A DNA stretch of 64,000 bases from Acidimicrobiales bacterium (GTDB lineage Bacteria; Actinomycetota; Acidimicrobiia; Acidimicrobiales; SZUA-35): positions 204,092-268,091 of the forward strand of contig JAHDCC010000002.1 of assembly GCA_020630065.1 (NCBI GenBank). The letters are read 5' to 3'. The position numbers were made by a program, and so were the translations under genes. Below are positions 46,250 through 55,893 of this stretch, piece after piece. Numbering within the stretch: position 1 is the stretch's first letter; every line of letters starts with the position of its first letter. The notes under the pieces were generated by a model. That model saw only the letters and a list, made by a program, of their open reading frames with translations, was not told where the DNA came from and searched no databases.

Positions 46250-47560
46250 ATGATTTCTCGATCACTTCTTTCCCGATGGCAAATGCCTCGTCTCGACACC
46301 GATGGGCGCTGGATTGGCGGTGTTTGTGCTGCCTTAGCTAAAGAGATAGGTGTCCAGCCGCTAGTGATACGCGGTTCTTTCGTGGTTTTGGCATTTGGGG
46401 ATGGTTGGGGTTTGTTGCTGTATGCGGCAACGTGGGCGCTGTTACTTCTTGGTGCGCCGAACGTTGTGGTTGGGGTCTACTCGCCTCAGCCAAAAGGTGC
46501 ATCGTCGTTTCACCGCCATATCGGCATTTTCTTGATCGTGTTGTCGCTGCTCATAACGACCCAGTCATATGACCTCGGGCCGCTAGGGCAGTGGAGTCTT
46601 TTTAGTGAACTCGTTTGGCCGGTTGGCTTTGTAGTCGTCGGCGGCCTCATAGCGTGGACTCAAGGCCGCGATGCCGTCGGTGGGCTGTCCTCGGTCGCCC
46701 GAATCATAGCGGGTGTGGTGGTAGCGGTAAGTGGCTTGACCGCCTTCGGTATCGCATTAACCAATGACACCTTCAGCCTCGTTATTCTAGGAGTCGTAAT
46801 TGTCTTGCTCGCCGGTCTCGGCGTTGTGATCGGTCCGAGTCTTGTGAGGATGGGCAACACGATAGATCAAGAACGCTCCGAACGTATCCGAAGCGACGAA
46901 CGCGCTCAGGTAGCCGCTCACCTGCACGACTCGGTGTTACAAACCTTGTCTTTGATTCAACGTCACTCGGATAACCGAACCCAAGTTGTCCAACTAGCCA
47001 GACAACAAGAACGAGAACTCCGAGGCTGGTTGTATGGCACGAAACCGTCAACTCCGGGAACCACTCGAGTGGGTCCGGCGATTGAGGAAGCAGCGTCTCA
47101 CGTCGAGTCCCTTCACGGCCTTCCAATCGAGGTGGTGTCGGTGGGTGACACCGTCGACTACCAGCCGGAAGACATTCATGGCCTAGTAGCAGCGTCTCGG
47201 GAGGCTATGGTGAATGCGTCTATCCATTCTCAAGCTGACAAGATAGATGTTTTTGTAGAATGTGGCCAGGAGTCGATTGACGTGTTCGTTCGTGATACTG
47301 GTGTTGGATTTGATCCAGCACGTATTGCCGGTGATCGTCGTGGGGTGAGTGAATCGATTGTTGGGCGCATGAAGCGTATTGGGGGAAGAGCAGTAATCGA
47401 TACTGAAGTTGGCCTCGGCACCGAAGTCGAGCTATCTCTGCCAACGCCCCGTTCTACCACCCCGGTAACTGAGCCAACCGACAGGCCCACAGTCAAGGTC
47501 GACGGCAACCAAATGTTCTCGCTAGGTCATAGTGGGATGGAAGGCAAGTCTTATGATTAG
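46250..47560 (+). CDS. Sensor histidine kinase (HisKA_3/LiaS-like) with an N-terminal PspC domain
   Basis: PspC domain RWIGGVCAALAKEIGVQPLVIRGSFVVLAF, TM segments, H-box AAHLHDSVLQTL and HATPase blocks (VRDTGVGF, GLGTEV). Confidence 0.85.
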   Translation: MISRSLLSRWQMPRLDTDGRWIGGVCAALAKEIGVQPLVIRGSFVVLAFGDGWGLLLYAATWALLLLGAPNVVVGVYSPQPKGASSFHRHIGIFLIVLSLLITTQSYDLGPLGQWSLFSELVWPVGFVVVGGLIAWTQGRDAVGGLSSVARIIAGVVVAVSGLTAFGIALTNDTFSLVILGVVIVLLAGLGVVIGPSLVRMGNTIDQERSERIRSDERAQVAAHLHDSVLQTLSLIQRHSDNRTQVVQLARQQERELRGWLYGTKPSTPGTTRVGPAIEEAASHVESLHGLPIEVVSVGDTVDYQPEDIHGLVAASREAMVNASIHSQADKIDVFVECGQESIDVFVRDTGVGFDPARIAGDRRGVSESIVGRMKRIGGRAVIDTEVGLGTEVELSLPTPRSTTPVTEPTDRPTVKVDGNQMFSLGHSGMEGKSYD

Positions 47561-48182
47561 CATTGTTTTAGTAGACGACCATGCACTGGTACGCGCCGGG
47601 GTGAGGGGAGAACTCGATCAGGCCTTCAACGTGGTTGGTGAGGCTGGCGACGTCGCCGAAGCTGTCGAAGTGATTTGTTCGACTAAACCCGATGTCGTGT
47701 TGTGCGATGTGCATCTTCCTGGCGGTAACGCTCCAGCGGTTTTAACTGGAGTGGTTGAGCGCGGTGTGTCGGCGAAATTTCTGGCGCTTTCGGTTTCGGA
47801 CGCGGCCGAAGACGTTATCTCTGTAATCCGGGCCGGAGCTCGCGGTTACGTTACAAAAGCTATTTCGGGTGACGACCTTCGATCAGCTATTCAACGGGTT
47901 CATAGCGGTGACGCCGTTTTTTCGCCTCGTCTGGCTGGGTTTGTTTTGGACGCATTTTCGCCGACCTTGGAGCATCCGACGTCGGAACTCGATGTTCTAA
48001 CTGCACGAGAGCAAGAAGTTATGCGGCTGTTGGCCCGCGGTCTCGCCTACAAAGAAATAGCCCGTAAGTTAACTATCTCGATTAAAACAGTAGAGTCTCA
48101 CGCTTCGGCCGTTCTACGTAAGTTGCAGGTTTCGAATCGAAGCGAACTGGCCCGTTGGGCCGCCGACCGTCGGATACTCTAG
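47553..48182 (+). CDS. Response regulator, NarL/LuxR family
   Basis: REC domain (VLVDDH...VVLCDVHLP...K) plus LuxR HTH (LTAREQEVMRLLARGLAYKEIARKLTISIKTVESH). ATG at 47553 overlaps the kinase stop (ATGATTAG). Confidence 0.9.
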   Translation: MISIVLVDDHALVRAGVRGELDQAFNVVGEAGDVAEAVEVICSTKPDVVLCDVHLPGGNAPAVLTGVVERGVSAKFLALSVSDAAEDVISVIRAGARGYVTKAISGDDLRSAIQRVHSGDAVFSPRLAGFVLDAFSPTLEHPTSELDVLTAREQEVMRLLARGLAYKEIARKLTISIKTVESHASAVLRKLQVSNRSELARWAADRRIL

Positions 48183-48183
48183 G

Positions 48184-48247
48184 CCTCTTCATACATAGCT
48201 CTTTATTGTCGGTCCGCGGGTTTAGTGGTCGAGCTGTGTTCAAGAGG
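48184..48247. terminator. Imperfect long hairpin between convergent response-regulator and lrp genes
   Basis: cctctt...gctc pairs with gagc...aagagg, with a mismatched middle. Weak call. Confidence 0.3.
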
Positions 48248-48257
48248 TTGGTACAGG

Positions 48258-48704
48258 TTAACGAAGGACCGAGCTGAGGAGCAGGCTTGTTTCGCTATTG
48301 ACTACTCCGGCGATTCCTCGTATGTGGCCGAGTACTTGGTCAAATTCGGGGAGCGAAGTGACGTGGATTTCCGCCACCAAATCCCATCCTCCGTTGGTTG
48401 AGTGAAGCGCCCGAACCTGGTGGAGACCTCGGAGCTGTTGAATGACTGCGGTGGTCGTTCGGCCTTCAACCTCTATCAGAGAAATTGCTCGGATCGTGTC
48501 AAAGTCTTCGTTTTCTCTGACCCGAACCGTGAAACCAAGAACGGTGCCATTTTCCTCGAGTCTCTCAAGGCGGTTGTTGACCGTCGCTCTGGAAACGCCG
48601 ATACGGCGAGCCAGCGTAGTCACCGGGGCTCGGGCATTGGTGCGTAGCTCCGCAATGAGTTTGCGATCGACATCGTCTAGCTCGAACATAGCCATATTGT
48701 ACAT
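48258..48704 (-). CDS. Lrp/AsnC-family transcriptional regulator
   Basis: LDDVDRKLIAELRTNARAPVTTLARRIGVSRATVNNRLERLEENG HTH plus a C-terminal RAM/ACT-like domain. Confidence 0.9.
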   Translation of the reverse strand: MYNMAMFELDDVDRKLIAELRTNARAPVTTLARRIGVSRATVNNRLERLEENGTVLGFTVRVRENEDFDTIRAISLIEVEGRTTTAVIQQLRGLHQVRALHSTNGGWDLVAEIHVTSLPEFDQVLGHIRGIAGVVNSETSLLLSSVLR

Positions 48705-48815
48705 TTCAGGTGTCGTTTTGTTTAGAAGTAAGCCAAATAGCTAACTTTTTGTTTCTTGTGGTGCAATATCGGCAAAATTATCCTGATATGTAGGACCCAA
48801 ATACAAGGAGAAGCC

Positions 48816-49829
48816 ATGGTTACATTCGTCAACGTCCAGAACGTGGCATCATGGATTTCAGCCGTCGGTGTTGAACCCATCATCGACGGAATGGTGTCGT
48901 ATCTCGAAGCCGATTTCGGTCGCTGGGACCGCTTTGACAAGACTCCCAGAGTGGCAAGCCACTCGCTATACGGCGTAATCGAACTTATGCCTACCAGCGA
49001 CGGAACCACCTATGGCTTCAAATACGTCAACGGGCACCCGGTCAACCCAAAACGTGGTCTCCAGACCGTCACCGCCTTTGGTGTGCTCGCAGATGTTGAA
49101 AGCGGGTACCCCACATTCATCTCTGAAATGACGCTACTTACCGCCCTACGGACTGCCGCAACCTCGGCGATGGCAGCCAAACTCTTGGTCCCCAAAGATG
49201 CCACAACAATGGCCATGATCGGAACCGGCTCACAATCAGAATTTCAAGCCCTTGGGTTTCGGAGCGTTCTCGGAATCGAGAGCCTTCGTATCTGGGACAC
49301 CGACCCGGATGCGATGGCAAAACTAGTTACCAACATCGAACCATTAGGATTCGATATCACCGTTGCCTCGAGCGCCGCCGATGCACTCGACGGGGCACAA
49401 ATCATCACGACCTGCACAGCCGACAAAACCAACGCCACAATTCTCAATGACGCCGATATTGTCGGCGGTGTCCACATCAACGCCATCGGCGGTGATTGTC
49501 CAGGAAAAACCGAACTAGACACCGCCCTTCTGCGTCGTTCGATGATCGCAGTTGAATACACCGAACAAACCCGCATCGAAGGTGAAATTCAGCAGCTCGA
49601 AGAAAATTGGCCGGTAACTGAACTTTGGGAGATCTTGACCGGCAAGAAACCGGGAAGATCCGACGCCGAACAGATAACGATCTTTGACTCTGTTGGGTTC
49701 GCGATTGAGGACTTTTCCGCATTGAGGTATCTACGAGACGGGGTCGAGGGGACCGATTTTTTCGATTCGCTGGACCTGATCGCCGACCCGGAAGATCCGA
49801 AAAACCTCTACGGAATGTTGGATGTCTAA
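48816..49829 (+). CDS. ocd: Ornithine cyclodeaminase
   Basis: Collinear with Pseudomonas putida OCD as I recall it (RVASHS..GVIELMP, FKYVNGHP, VTAFGVLADVESGYP, NAIGGDCPGKTEL, QTRIEGEIQQL, IFDSVGFAIEDFS). ATG at 48816 is preceded by aaggaga. Confidence 0.9.
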   Translation: MVTFVNVQNVASWISAVGVEPIIDGMVSYLEADFGRWDRFDKTPRVASHSLYGVIELMPTSDGTTYGFKYVNGHPVNPKRGLQTVTAFGVLADVESGYPTFISEMTLLTALRTAATSAMAAKLLVPKDATTMAMIGTGSQSEFQALGFRSVLGIESLRIWDTDPDAMAKLVTNIEPLGFDITVASSAADALDGAQIITTCTADKTNATILNDADIVGGVHINAIGGDCPGKTELDTALLRRSMIAVEYTEQTRIEGEIQQLEENWPVTELWEILTGKKPGRSDAEQITIFDSVGFAIEDFSALRYLRDGVEGTDFFDSLDLIADPEDPKNLYGMLDV

Positions 49830-52800
49830 TGGGTGGCTTAAACCGAAACCACAATGTCGGTGTAGCAGAACCTGCATCGGACTGGCCGGTAGAGGACCTG
49901 GTAGAACCGGCCATCAAACTTGTCGCCCATTGGCTTGAGCGATACGGCGAGCTGGAAACCCGGCAAGATCGTCGAGCGATGGAACGACTCTTCGAACTTA
50001 TCCAAGACGACGATGGCGTCGATTTTGTGATGAAATTCATCGACCGGGTAACCCGCCCAGACGATGTAGCCGTAGCTGCTCGACAGTTGGCAACGTTGGT
50101 GAACTCGGCACAGCTGCCAACGTTCTTGTCGCAGGTAGACCGGGCACTGCTCCGAGCGGGAGCGGTTGTGGCTCCTCGGCTGCCGAAGGTCGTGATCCCA
50201 TTGGCGTTATGGCGAATGCGTTCGATCGTTGGGCACTTGGTGGCTCCGGCCGATCACAAATCGTTACGTAAACACATGGAAACACAGCGGGCTGCCGGTT
50301 ACCAGTCCAATGTCAACCTGCTCGGAGAAGCCGTTCTGGGGGAGCGAGAAGCCCAGGCTCGCCTCGACGGACTACTGGCAATGGTAGAGGTGCCTGAGGT
50401 CGACTATGTGTCGGTAAAGACCAGCGCAGTTGCTTCACAACTTAACCACTGGGACTACGACGCTTCTCTTGAACGAGTAATAGATCGAGTCGCTCATCTC
50501 ATCGATCGGGCCGCAGCCGCCACTCCGCCAACGTTCGTCAACTTCGATATGGAGGAATACCACGACCTTGGGTTAACCGTCGATGCGTTTCGTTCGGTTC
50601 TCGACGAACCAGAACGTAGCGGCGTCGACGCTGGGATCGTGCTGCAAGCGTACTTACCTGACGTATTCGATGTGCTGCGTGGCCTTGTCGAGTGGGCTAA
50701 TGAACGTCATCAAAAAGGCGGAGGGACGATCAAGATCCGGTTGGTGAAGGGTGCCAATTTGGCTATGGAAAAAGTTGATGCCGCCATGCACGGATGGGAA
50801 CAGGCACCGTACACAAACAAGGCCGATACCGACGCGAGTTATAAACGCTGCGTTGATTGGCTACTGAGGGAGGAAAACGTGACTGGTGTTCAGGTTGGAA
50901 TCGCCAGTCACAATCTTTTTGATGTTGCGTGGGCTTGGCTGGTAGCTCAGCGGCGCAACGTGGCCGATCGTGTCCAGTTCGAAATGCTGCAAGGCATGTC
51001 TCCGGCACAGGCGGCGGCAGTCAACGAAACAACAGAATCTCAAGCCCCGCTATTGCTGTACACGCCAGCGGTTTCTGACGACGACTTTGATGTCGCTATC
51101 GGCTACCTTTTTCGACGACTAGAAGAGAACGCGGCCGAAGATAACTTCATGCGGTCCTTGTTCGATTTGCGACCTGGATCGGACGAGTTCCTGGCCCAAG
51201 CACAATCGTTTCGCGCATCGGTTGAACGGCGCCTACAGGTCGGTACTGGTCCCGCCCGCCAGCAGAACCGAACCGCCGAGGTCGTTCCACATTCAACCGA
51301 ATTCGGCTTTGTGAACGAGGCCGATACGGACCCCAGTCTGGCTGCCAACAGGTCATGGATAGCCAGCGTCGTTTCCACCCCGTTTGTACGATGTCGCACC
51401 GAGCTGACCGTTGAGCGGGGAGGGGTCGATTCGATCGTTCAGACCGCTAGGTCGGCTGCCCATAGCTGGAGAGACGTGTCGCCTCAAGCGAGACGATCAA
51501 CCCTCTATAAGGTCGCCGATGAACTATCTAGACGTAGAGGCGAGTTGCTTTCTACGATGATGAACGAAGCATCAAAGACTATTAGCGAAGCCGATAGCGA
51601 AGTGTCAGAAGCCATTGACTTCGCCCGATGGTACGGCGACCGCTGTCTTGAGCTGGACGAACAGCCCGGTGCCACCTTCACCCCTCATGGGGTTGTTGGA
51701 GTTATACCTCCTTGGAACTTTCCTGTCGCGATTCCGGCTGGTGGTGTGTTTGCCGGCTTAGCAGCCGGAAATTCGGTGGTGCTCAAACCGTCTCTGCTGA
51801 CTCCTCGCTGTGCTGAACTAGTCGCCGAAATATGTTGGGACGCCGGAGTGGGAAGGGACGTGTTGCAGTTTGTGCTTACCGAGGACAACGATGTCGGTCG
51901 TCACCTGGTCGAGTCGTTCGACGCCGTAATCCTCACCGGGTCGTGTGAGACCGCCGACCTTTTTCGTTCATGGAAACCCGACATAAACCTGCTGGCAGAA
52001 ACTTCCGGCAAGAACGTCATCATCGTCACCCCTAGCGCCGATATCGATTCGGCAGTTGAACAGCTTGTTGTGTCGGCGTTTGGTCATGCTGGACAGAAAT
52101 GTTCAGCGGCCAGCCTCGTGCTAGCGGTCGGAAGTGTAAATGGCGATCAGCGGTTTAGAAGTCAACTGATCGACGCTGTCGAGAGTTTGACCGTAGGAAG
52201 CTCGACGGAGTTGGGTACAGATATTGCCCCACTAGTTGGGGGCGGGAACGAACGCTTGTCACGAGTCGTATCAAAATTGGATGGTCAACAACGTTGGCTA
52301 GTGGAGCCCCAAGTTCACAATGGTGTTATGACTCCTGGTGTGCTCGATGGGGTAACCCCAGAGTCGTGGTTTTATCAGACCGAATGTTTTGGGCCTGTGT
52401 TAGGAATTGTGTATGTGCGGGATCTAACCGAAGCGATCGCTATGGCAAACGGCAGCGCGTTTGGGCTTACCGGCGGTATCCAATCTCTTGACCCAGCGGA
52501 GATTAAAAAGTGGATGGAAACTATCGAGGTCGGGAACGGTTATGTCAACCGGTCGATTACTGGCGCTATCGTTCGGCGTCAACCTTTTGGCGGATGGAAA
52601 CGTAGCTCGGTTGGTCTTGGAGCTAAAGCTGGAGGTAGTAACTATCTGATGCAACTCGGGACCTGGGGAGTTTCTGAACCCGGAATCTCCGATGACTATA
52701 AACAACAGTGGGAAACCCACTTCTCTCGACAGCACGATGATGCCGGGTTGTTCTGCGAAGCCAACATTTTTCGATACCGACCATACGACGTAGTTGGCTT

Positions 52801-53152
52801 GCTAATAAGCCAACACGCAACTGAGGCAGAGGTGAACCGGGTAAGAAAAGCCGCTCGGCTCTGCGGCGTTCGACTAGCCGAATTGCAACTCGGCGAAGGT
52901 GTATCTGAACAAGTCGAATCGTTGTCGCGGCTCGGTGTTGAACGAATCCGGTTGGTCGGTGCTGAACCGTCGATGGAACTGCGTAACGCCGCGATCGGGC
53001 AAGGAATCCATCTCATCTCTGGCCCGGTCACACCATCGGGGCGTCTGGAACTACAGCACTATCTTAGAGAACAAGCCATGTCTGTGACACTACATCGATT
53101 CGGGAATTTGGTATTGAACCCGTTGCTGACCGAAGCAGGAACGACGACATGA
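49829..53152 (+). CDS. putA: Bifunctional proline dehydrogenase / L-glutamate-gamma-semialdehyde (P5C) dehydrogenase PutA, without an N-terminal DNA-binding domain
   Basis: 1107 aa. PRODH TIM-barrel region (VNLLGEAV, IRLVKGAN, SHNLFD, FEMLQGM) then an aldehyde dehydrogenase domain (PWNFP, ETSGKN, catalytic GQKCSAAS). Start overlaps the ocd stop (TAATG). Confidence 0.92.
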   Translation: MGGLNRNHNVGVAEPASDWPVEDLVEPAIKLVAHWLERYGELETRQDRRAMERLFELIQDDDGVDFVMKFIDRVTRPDDVAVAARQLATLVNSAQLPTFLSQVDRALLRAGAVVAPRLPKVVIPLALWRMRSIVGHLVAPADHKSLRKHMETQRAAGYQSNVNLLGEAVLGEREAQARLDGLLAMVEVPEVDYVSVKTSAVASQLNHWDYDASLERVIDRVAHLIDRAAAATPPTFVNFDMEEYHDLGLTVDAFRSVLDEPERSGVDAGIVLQAYLPDVFDVLRGLVEWANERHQKGGGTIKIRLVKGANLAMEKVDAAMHGWEQAPYTNKADTDASYKRCVDWLLREENVTGVQVGIASHNLFDVAWAWLVAQRRNVADRVQFEMLQGMSPAQAAAVNETTESQAPLLLYTPAVSDDDFDVAIGYLFRRLEENAAEDNFMRSLFDLRPGSDEFLAQAQSFRASVERRLQVGTGPARQQNRTAEVVPHSTEFGFVNEADTDPSLAANRSWIASVVSTPFVRCRTELTVERGGVDSIVQTARSAAHSWRDVSPQARRSTLYKVADELSRRRGELLSTMMNEASKTISEADSEVSEAIDFARWYGDRCLELDEQPGATFTPHGVVGVIPPWNFPVAIPAGGVFAGLAAGNSVVLKPSLLTPRCAELVAEICWDAGVGRDVLQFVLTEDNDVGRHLVESFDAVILTGSCETADLFRSWKPDINLLAETSGKNVIIVTPSADIDSAVEQLVVSAFGHAGQKCSAASLVLAVGSVNGDQRFRSQLIDAVESLTVGSSTELGTDIAPLVGGGNERLSRVVSKLDGQQRWLVEPQVHNGVMTPGVLDGVTPESWFYQTECFGPVLGIVYVRDLTEAIAMANGSAFGLTGGIQSLDPAEIKKWMETIEVGNGYVNRSITGAIVRRQPFGGWKRSSVGLGAKAGGSNYLMQLGTWGVSEPGISDDYKQQWETHFSRQHDDAGLFCEANIFRYRPYDVVGLLISQHATEAEVNRVRKAARLCGVRLAELQLGEGVSEQVESLSRLGVERIRLVGAEPSMELRNAAIGQGIHLISGPVTPSGRLELQHYLREQAMSVTLHRFGNLVLNPLLTEAGTTT

Positions 53153-54054
53153 ACCTTTCACTAACAAATGTCCATCTCGATTTAGGTGCAGGGCGGCGGG
53201 GTACCGATATGGGGCCCAGTGCGATACACGTTGCCGGTTTGGTGCCTGCGCTAGAAAAATTGGGTCATACGATCGAAGCGGTTGAAAGTATTACGGCACC
53301 AAGTTACGAATCGGTCGACGCCGGTGATCCGAACGCCCGTTTTTTACTTGAGATACATAAGGTCTGTTCGCAGGTGGCTGGTGTCGTTGCCCGTAGCGTG
53401 ACGGTTGGCCAGTTGCCGTTGGTGTTGGGTGGTGATCATGCCCTAGCGATGGGAAGTATCTCTGGGTTGGCTAGACACTACCGGACGAAAGGTCAGCGGG
53501 TTGGCGTGTTGTGGGTGGACGCCCATACCGATATGAACACCCCGGACACTACGCCGAGTGGCAATGTGCACGGCATGCCGCTGGCGGCCTTGCTAGGTAT
53601 CGGGCACCCGGACTTGGTCGGGTTGGCTGGATCGGAGCCGGCGTTAGACGCCCGTGATGTGGTGGTTGTTGGTGCCCGCGATATCGACTCCACCGAGCTG
53701 GCCCTCGTGAAGGACCTAGGGGTCAGGGTTTACACGATGCATGAGATCGACCGGCGCGGAGCTGCTGTTTGTTTTGAGGAAGCGCTTGAACAAGTAACTC
53801 GAGATACAGCTGGAGTGCACGTTTCGTTTGATCTGGACGGAGTTGACCCCGAGTGCGCTCCTGGGGTTGGAACTCCAGTTCCAGGTGGTCTGACTTTGCG
53901 GGAATCGCATCTGATTTGTGAGATGGTAAATCAAACAGGTGCGTTGCTCGGTTTGGAGATGGTGGAGCTCAATCCGACTTTTGATCATGAGAATAAGACT
54001 GGTCGGCTGGCCGTGTGGCTGGTTCAATCGGCACTAGGCAAAACTATTTTGTAG
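53149..54054 (+). CDS. rocF: Arginase
   Basis: Ureohydrolase Mn-binding motifs [20 protein letters not shown] and SFDLDGVDP, plus [14 protein letters not shown] overlap with putA. Confidence 0.92.
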   Translation: MNLSLTNVHLDLGAGRRGTDMGPSAIHVAGLVPALEKLGHTIEAVESITAPSYESVDAGDPNARFLLEIHKVCSQVAGVVARSVTVGQLPLVLGGDHALAMGSISGLARHYRTKGQRVGVLWVDAHTDMNTPDTTPSGNVHGMPLAALLGIGHPDLVGLAGSEPALDARDVVVVGARDIDSTELALVKDLGVRVYTMHEIDRRGAAVCFEEALEQVTRDTAGVHVSFDLDGVDPECAPGVGTPVPGGLTLRESHLICEMVNQTGALLGLEMVELNPTFDHENKTGRLAVWLVQSALGKTIL

Positions 54055-54089
54055 AGATCAGATGTGATTCTGGGGTAGAGGAATCGACG

Positions 54090-54773
54090 TCAGTGTTGTC
54101 GGCGGACCGGTGGGTGGAGTTGGGTGGCTGGGCCGGGTCGGAAGAGTTGGGCGGGTCGACCACGACCGGCTGAGGTATGTTCACCTGTTGGTTCAACAAA
54201 ACCTTCGCTGGCAAGGACTTTGCGGTGAAAGTTTCGTGGGTCAATGGTCGTATCCCAGACGAGTTCGTAGACGTGGCGTAGGTCGGCGATGGTGAATGGG
54301 TTGGAACAGAAGCTGGCTGCAAGAGTGGTGTATTCGAGTTTGGCTCGGGCACGTTCTAAGCCATCTTGTAGGATTGTCAAGTGGTCGAAGGCCATCTTGG
54401 TAGACAGTGTCGCTGATAGGGGGGACCATTGAGCACTGGCGGCGTCGGTTCCCGCTACTGGTGTGGCTAAATCGGCGGCGAAGGCGAGATAGGCGACACT
54501 GACGGTTCTCATGCGGGGATCTCTTTTAGGGGTGCCGTATGTGCCCAGTTGTTCAAGGTGTAGACGGTCGACCGATCCGATGTTGGTTTCTTCGAGTAGC
54601 TCTCGTGCCGCAGCGGTGTCAAGATCCTCGTTGACTTTGACGAACCCTCCTGGGAGGGCTTTGCGTCCCTTAAATGGGGACTCCCCTCGGCGTATGGTCA
54701 GGACGTGGAGGGCGTCGTCGCGGATCGTGAATACGACAAGGTCAACCGTGACGGCAAAGGGTGGGAAGGCCAT
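54090..54773 (-). CDS. nrtR: NrtR-type regulator (Nudix domain fused to a C-terminal winged helix)
   Basis: Near-canonical Nudix box GGFVKVNEDLDTAAARELLEETNI (the final G is replaced by N). C-terminal block FTIADLRHVYELVWDTTIDPRNFHRKV...GRGRPAQLFR is typical of the NrtR wHTH. ATG at 54773 (MAFPPF) preferred over the ORF-track start. Confidence 0.75.
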   Translation of the reverse strand: MAFPPFAVTVDLVVFTIRDDALHVLTIRRGESPFKGRKALPGGFVKVNEDLDTAAARELLEETNIGSVDRLHLEQLGTYGTPKRDPRMRTVSVAYLAFAADLATPVAGTDAASAQWSPLSATLSTKMAFDHLTILQDGLERARAKLEYTTLAASFCSNPFTIADLRHVYELVWDTTIDPRNFHRKVLASEGFVEPTGEHTSAGRGRPAQLFRPGPATQLHPPVRRQH

Positions 54774-54791
54774 AGGTCGAGTATATGTGAC

Positions 54792-54826
54792 TATCGTCGA
54801 CTTGACGATAAACCCTTTTATCGTCA
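54792..54826. promoter_or_regulatory. Inverted repeat TATCGTC-N5-GACGATA plus a third half-site (TTATCGTCA); candidate NrtR operator
   Basis: Read directly (IR 54792..54810, extra half-site 54818..54826) in the 91-bp divergent region between nrtR and the SPFH gene. Confidence 0.45.
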
Positions 54827-54864
54827 TACTGAGGATAAATGAAATCGAAACTTCGAAAGGAACT

Positions 54865-55893
54865 ATGGACATGGCAAACATAACCCTCCGGCCCCTGGTC
54901 CGGCACCTCCAGGTCTCCTCCAACACCTATATTCGTCAGACCAGATCTGGCAAAGTCATCAAGGCCGGTGCAGGCCAATCCTTCTGGTTCAGGCCTCGAA
55001 CGTCCAGTATCAGCGAACTGCCGTTAGACGAACGAGAACTACCACTGATCTTTCGAGACCGGACGATCGACTATCAAGAAGTCGCCGTCCAAGCGTCGGT
55101 CACCTATCGATTCGTCGACCCAGAAACCGCCGTCAACCGAATCGACTTCACCATCGACAACACAAACGGGCTATGGACCTCAACCCCACTAGAACAAGTC
55201 GGCGGTCTTCTCACAGAGCTGGCCCAACAACACGCAGTAAGCGTCTTAGCTAACATGAAACTCACCGACGTCATGGCAAACGGCATCACCCGTCTACGGG
55301 ATTCGATAACGACCGGACTTCGCGGAGACGACCGTATCGAACAAACCGGTATCGAAATCGTCGATGTTCGAGTTGTCGCAGTCCGACCGGGCCCCGAAAT
55401 GGAAAAGGCGCTTCAAACCCCTATCAGAGAACAACTGCAGCAGAAAGCAGACAAAGCTACCTTCGAACGGCGGGCGTTAGCGGTAGAACAAGAACGCGGG
55501 ATCAGCGAAAACGAACTACAAAACCGAATCGAACTAGCAAAACAAGAAGAGCAGTTAGTCATTCAACAAGGAGCAAACGAACAAAAGCGAATCGCCGACG
55601 AAGTCAACGCCACCAAAATCAAGGTCGCAGGCGATGCTCAGAATGTAGAAGTTCGGGGTAAAGCGAAAGCGCAGGCGATGCGAGAAGTAGGTGCCGCCGA
55701 GGCCGAAACCGAACGCAGCAAGGTCGAAGCGTACACCGACGCCGGCGACGCTGTACTGTTGGCCTTGGCGGTTAAAGACCTGGCGGGCAACCTGCCAAAC
55801 GTAGGCACATTAGTGGTTAGCCCAGAAATGATCACGCCGCTTCTTGCCAAACTAGTCAGCGCCGAAAAACAATCTGGCGAAGGTAAAAACTAA
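54865..55893 (+). CDS. SPFH/Band-7 domain protein without a recognisable TM segment, with a long C-terminal coiled-coil-like region
   Basis: 342 aa from ATG 54865. SPFH-like core (QEVAVQASVTYRFVDPE ... GIEIVDVRVVAVRP..EMEKAL) followed by an Ala/Glu/Lys/Gln-rich helical region. The ORF-track N-terminal 118 aa run antisense through nrtR and are rejected. Confidence 0.75.
   Translation: MDMANITLRPLVRHLQVSSNTYIRQTRSGKVIKAGAGQSFWFRPRTSSISELPLDERELPLIFRDRTIDYQEVAVQASVTYRFVDPETAVNRIDFTIDNTNGLWTSTPLEQVGGLLTELAQQHAVSVLANMKLTDVMANGITRLRDSITTGLRGDDRIEQTGIEIVDVRVVAVRPGPEMEKALQTPIREQLQQKADKATFERRALAVEQERGISENELQNRIELAKQEEQLVIQQGANEQKRIADEVNATKIKVAGDAQNVEVRGKAKAQAMREVGAAEAETERSKVEAYTDAGDAVLLALAVKDLAGNLPNVGTLVVSPEMITPLLAKLVSAEKQSGEGKN

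Noticed and set aside
54511-54864. N-terminal 118-aa extension of the SPFH ORF in the track (start 54511)
   Set aside because: It runs antisense through the NrtR-like gene and across the intergenic operator region. The SPFH similarity begins after the internal ATG at 54865.
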